Assembly: GCA_027340875.1 (NCBI GenBank)
Contig: DAIENX010000034.1
Span: 1-30,865, forward strand
DNA from: Elusimicrobiota bacterium
GTDB lineage: Bacteria > Elusimicrobiota > Elusimicrobia > Elusimicrobiales > UBA9959
Reading direction: 5' to 3'
Length of the DNA stretch: 30,865 nucleotides
The notes under the pieces are model-generated. The model was not told the origin of the DNA, ran no database searches, and saw only the letters and a list, made by a program, of their open reading frames with translations. Both the position numbers and the translations under genes were made by a program. This document shows, one piece after another, positions 28,368-30,865 of this stretch (position 1 is its first letter; every line of letters begins with the position of its first letter).

Positions 28368-29612
28368 CTAGACCGACCTGGAGGCCGCCTCCAGCGACTC
28401 GGCTATCATGTCGGCCGCGTTGGAGAGGTCCTTGGCGGAGTGGCGGTAGCAGACGTAGCCGTGATGGTAGGGCTGCAGGAAGACCCTGCGGCGAATCAGC
28501 TCGGTATAGAAGGCCGTGCGCAGCTTCTTGTAGCGGCCCGTGTCGTCCTTGTCGAAGGTTATGTACGGCATCCACGGCTCGCCGCTGAAGGTGACGGGCA
28601 GGCCGCTGTCCTTCACGATCTTCTTCACCTTGCGGCAGAAGGCGCCGCCTCTCTTGGCTATTACGTCCAGTATGCCGTCGCGCTCGAGGACCTCTATGGT
28701 CTTGAGCGAGGCGGCCATCGCGAGGGTGTTGTTGAAGTAGGTGGAGCTGACGAAGGCCTTGCTGACCAGGACGTCCATGATGTCCTTGCGGCCGGCCACC
28801 ATGCTTATCTCGTAGCCGTTGGCCATGGCCTTGCCGAAGACGCTCATGTGCGGCGTGACGCCGAAGAACTGCTGCGCGCCGCCCAGGGCCATGCGGAAGC
28901 CGGTGCGGATCTCGTCGAAGCAGAGCACGGTCCCGTGCTGCTCGGCGAGCTTTTTGCAGCCCTCGAGGAAGCCGGGCTTAGGCCTCTCCACCTCGTGGGC
29001 GTTCGGGTGGCCGAGCGGGGTCATGATGATCAGCGCGACGTCCCCGGCGTGCTGCTTCAGCAGGTCCTCGAGGCCCTGCAGGTCGTTGTAGTGGAACTCC
29101 AGGACGTCCTCGTAGAGCTTGGGCAGGACGCCGCCCTTCTGCTCGACGCACCAGTCGTGCCAGCCGTGGTAGCCGCAGCGGATGATCTTGGCCTTGCCGG
29201 TGAACGTGCGGGCGATGCGGCCGGCCAGCGTGGTGGCGTCGGAGCCGGTCTTGCAGAAGACGACCTTCTCGGCGGAGGGCACGAGGGAGATGGCCTTCTT
29301 CGCCAGCTTGTTCTGTATCTCCTGCACGATGGACATGCAGAAGCCCTTGTTCTTTATCTGGTCGATGACGGCGCGGTCTATCTCCTTCTCGCGGTGGCCG
29401 ATGATAATGGGGCCGTAGGCGCAGAGCATGTCCAGGTACTCGTTGCTGTCGACGTCGGTGACCTTGCCGCCCTTGGCGCTCTCGAAGAAGATGGGGTATT
29501 CGCCGGGGACGAAGTTGTACGGGCGCCTGATGCCCATCATGCCGCCGGGTATCAGCTCCTGCGCCTCCTTGTACAGCCTTTCGGAATTATCGAGTTTCAG
29601 ATGTTCGGACAT
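28368..29612 (-). CDS. kat: 3-aminobutyryl-CoA aminotransferase (HemL-like class III PLP enzyme)
   Basis: GIRRPYNFVPGEYPIFF, LCAYGPIIIG, KTGSDATT, GYHGWHDWCVE, FDEIRTGFR, FGKAMANG and QPYHHGY match my recollection of Kat from Ca. Cloacamonas acidaminovorans. Lies directly after kamE. ATG 29612 follows AAGGAG. Confidence 0.85.
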   Translation of the reverse strand: MSEHLKLDNSERLYKEAQELIPGGMMGIRRPYNFVPGEYPIFFESAKGGKVTDVDSNEYLDMLCAYGPIIIGHREKEIDRAVIDQIKNKGFCMSIVQEIQNKLAKKAISLVPSAEKVVFCKTGSDATTLAGRIARTFTGKAKIIRCGYHGWHDWCVEQKGGVLPKLYEDVLEFHYNDLQGLEDLLKQHAGDVALIIMTPLGHPNAHEVERPKPGFLEGCKKLAEQHGTVLCFDEIRTGFRMALGGAQQFFGVTPHMSVFGKAMANGYEISMVAGRKDIMDVLVSKAFVSSTYFNNTLAMAASLKTIEVLERDGILDVIAKRGGAFCRKVKKIVKDSGLPVTFSGEPWMPYITFDKDDTGRYKKLRTAFYTELIRRRVFLQPYHHGYVCYRHSAKDLSNAADMIAESLEAASRSV

Positions 29613-29655
29613 TATGTGCTCCTTGGTCTGCGCTAAAACCTGGCAATCGTTCAGC

Positions 29656-29773
29656 CAGTCGTATACGGTCTTCGGGCACGCGGTCTCGCACACCGTGCTC
29701 GCCGCTCGTCACTCAGTCGTCGCGCTTACGCAAGCTCCTCCCTCCGCGACGGCCCTCAGCCCGTATACGCCTG
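29656..29773 (-). repeat. Branched-hairpin intergenic element, copy 2 (REP/MITE-like or ncRNA)
   Basis: Outer arms CAGGCGTATACGG / CCGTATACGACTG (12 of 13 paired). Internal motifs are shared with 15760-15920. Confidence 0.75.
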
Positions 29774-29823
29774 TCTTCACTTGCGATACCGTGCCCGAGG
29801 GAACAATCCCCCGGCGGTCCGGG

Positions 29824-30561
29824 CTACTTCCCGCTCGTCATCCTCTCGTAAAGCTTCTTCACCACGAACGTGGCCACGTGCTCCGCGTAAGTGCCGGCCC
29901 CGAAGCCCGCGTCGTAGCCCAGCTCCTTGGCCAGCTTGTTGTTGACGCGCGGGCCGCCCATGATGAGGAGGGTCTTGCCGCGCATCTTCTCGGCCTCGGC
30001 CAGCTCCACCAGCTCGGTCAGGTTCTTTATGTGCACGTCCTTCTGCGTCACTATCTGCGAGACCAGCACCGCGTCGGCCTTGAGCTCTTTCGCCTTGTCG
30101 AGGATCTTCTCGTTCGGTACCTGGGAGCCCATGTTGAGGGCCTCTATCATCGGGTAGCGCTCCAGCCCGAAGTGGTGGTTGTAGCCCTTCATGTTCATGA
30201 TCGCGTCGATCCCGACGGTGTGCGCGTCGGTGCCGGTGCAGGCGCCCACGATCACCAGCTTGCGCTTGAAATGGTCCTTGATGAAGGCGTTGACCTCGTC
30301 CATCGACATGTACTTGTCAACGGCCTCGGCGTACTCCACCTTGTCGTAGTCCAGCGTCACTTCGGTCTTGCCGTAGGCCACGAAGAACGTGAACTCGTCC
30401 GAGAGGGCCTCGGCGTGGACGATGTCGGCCTTCTTGAAGCCGAGCTTCTGCACGTAGAGCTTGGCGGCCTCCTTGGCCCTGCCGCAGTTCTTGACCGGCA
30501 GCGTGAAGGAGAGCTGGACCGCCCCGTCGTTGGATGTGTCGCCGTAGGGTTTGATGAACAT
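29824..30561 (-). CDS. kamE: Lysine 5,6-aminomutase beta subunit (B12-binding)
   Basis: KPYGDT.NDG.VQLSFTLP, cobalamin motif DAHTVG, PLP lysine in IMNMKGY, LVSQ.VTQK, GYDAGFG. Confidence 0.95.
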   Translation of the reverse strand: MFIKPYGDTSNDGAVQLSFTLPVKNCGRAKEAAKLYVQKLGFKKADIVHAEALSDEFTFFVAYGKTEVTLDYDKVEYAEAVDKYMSMDEVNAFIKDHFKRKLVIVGACTGTDAHTVGIDAIMNMKGYNHHFGLERYPMIEALNMGSQVPNEKILDKAKELKADAVLVSQIVTQKDVHIKNLTELVELAEAEKMRGKTLLIMGGPRVNNKLAKELGYDAGFGAGTYAEHVATFVVKKLYERMTSGK

Positions 30562-30571
30562 AGCGGTCTCC

Positions 30572-30865
30572 TTATTTCCCGACCTTCAGCTTCTTCTTCA
30601 GGTACGACTCCACCGGGTTGTAATAGCCGGGGGCCTTTTCGTAGACCCCGTCGAAGCCCTTGCCGCCGTCGCGGGGGCGCTTTATCTCGGCGAACATGCC
30701 GGCCTTGATGGCCTCCATCAGGCCGCGCTCCTTCACCTCGGACAGCATCGTTATCGTCTCGTCCAGGACCTGTTTCGCCCGGCGCGCCATTATCCCGTCC
30801 TTCCTGAACTCCACCGCGCCCATGAAGTCCGCCATCGTGTTGTGCACGTACAGCGCGTTCGCTAT
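30572..30865 (-). CDS. kamD: Lysine 5,6-aminomutase alpha subunit (C-terminal fragment; start beyond window)
   Basis: IANALYVHN...GIMARRA..VL...GMFAEIKRPRDGGKGFDGV...YYNP, immediately upstream of kamE. Confidence 0.9.
   Translation of the reverse strand: MANALYVHNTMADFMGAVEFRKDGIMARRAKQVLDETITMLSEVKERGLMEAIKAGMFAEIKRPRDGGKGFDGVYEKAPGYYNPVESYLKKKLKVGK

Noticed and set aside
28368..29612. Annotation as hemL (glutamate-1-semialdehyde aminomutase)
   Set aside because: It has GIRRPYNF and GYHGWHDW rather than the HemL GVNSPVRAF and YHGH.D motifs, and it sits in a lysine aminomutase operon.
29613..29693. 27-aa N-terminal extension of the aminotransferase in the ORF track
   Set aside because: It overlaps the structured element. 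ATG 29612 has a well-spaced AAGGAG and matches the expected Kat N-terminus.
29613..29823. Lysine or cobalamin riboswitch in the kamE-kat spacer
   Set aside because: I could not find the L-box core motifs or the B12-box/GCCACTG consensus, and a sibling sequence occurs at an unrelated locus.
29824..30865. D-ornithine 4,5-aminomutase (oraSE)
   Set aside because: A separate ~245-aa B12-binding subunit after a large alpha subunit is the KamD/KamE architecture; OraE fuses these domains.

Overview
GC-rich bacterial chromosomal window, densely coding, with no rRNA, tRNA, CRISPR array, prophage or transposase. The pilin-like protein family and fermentative gene set hint at Elusimicrobiota, which is an inference. 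From 5' to 3' it holds: partial clpP and lon; a translationally coupled five-gene envelope module (DUF885 protein, ABC ATPase, ABC permease, membrane-anchored TPR-like protein, GT4) facing a pilin-like gene; ackA; an RCK-gated K+ channel; a maltose/maltodextrin-type sugar ABC operon; a ferredoxin; an AmpG-like MFS; YidE/AspT and AEC transporters; a heterodimeric ABC exporter; a four-subunit 2-oxoacid:ferredoxin oxidoreductase; GT4; YihY; and the end of a lysine-fermentation cluster (kamD, kamE, kat). The most unusual observations are four. (1) Two diverged copies, 14 kb apart, of an unannotated ~120-160 nt branched-hairpin intergenic element with conserved internal motifs, a compensatory base-pair change and tandem G.A / GCGAAGC motifs. 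(2) The alternative Kat (3-aminobutyryl-CoA aminotransferase) lysine route. (3) A ClpP with Asn at the catalytic Asp position. (4) A DUF885 protein lacking its putative metal ligands, coupled to a pilin-export-like ABC module. All family assignments come from motif recognition by eye; no database search was run.
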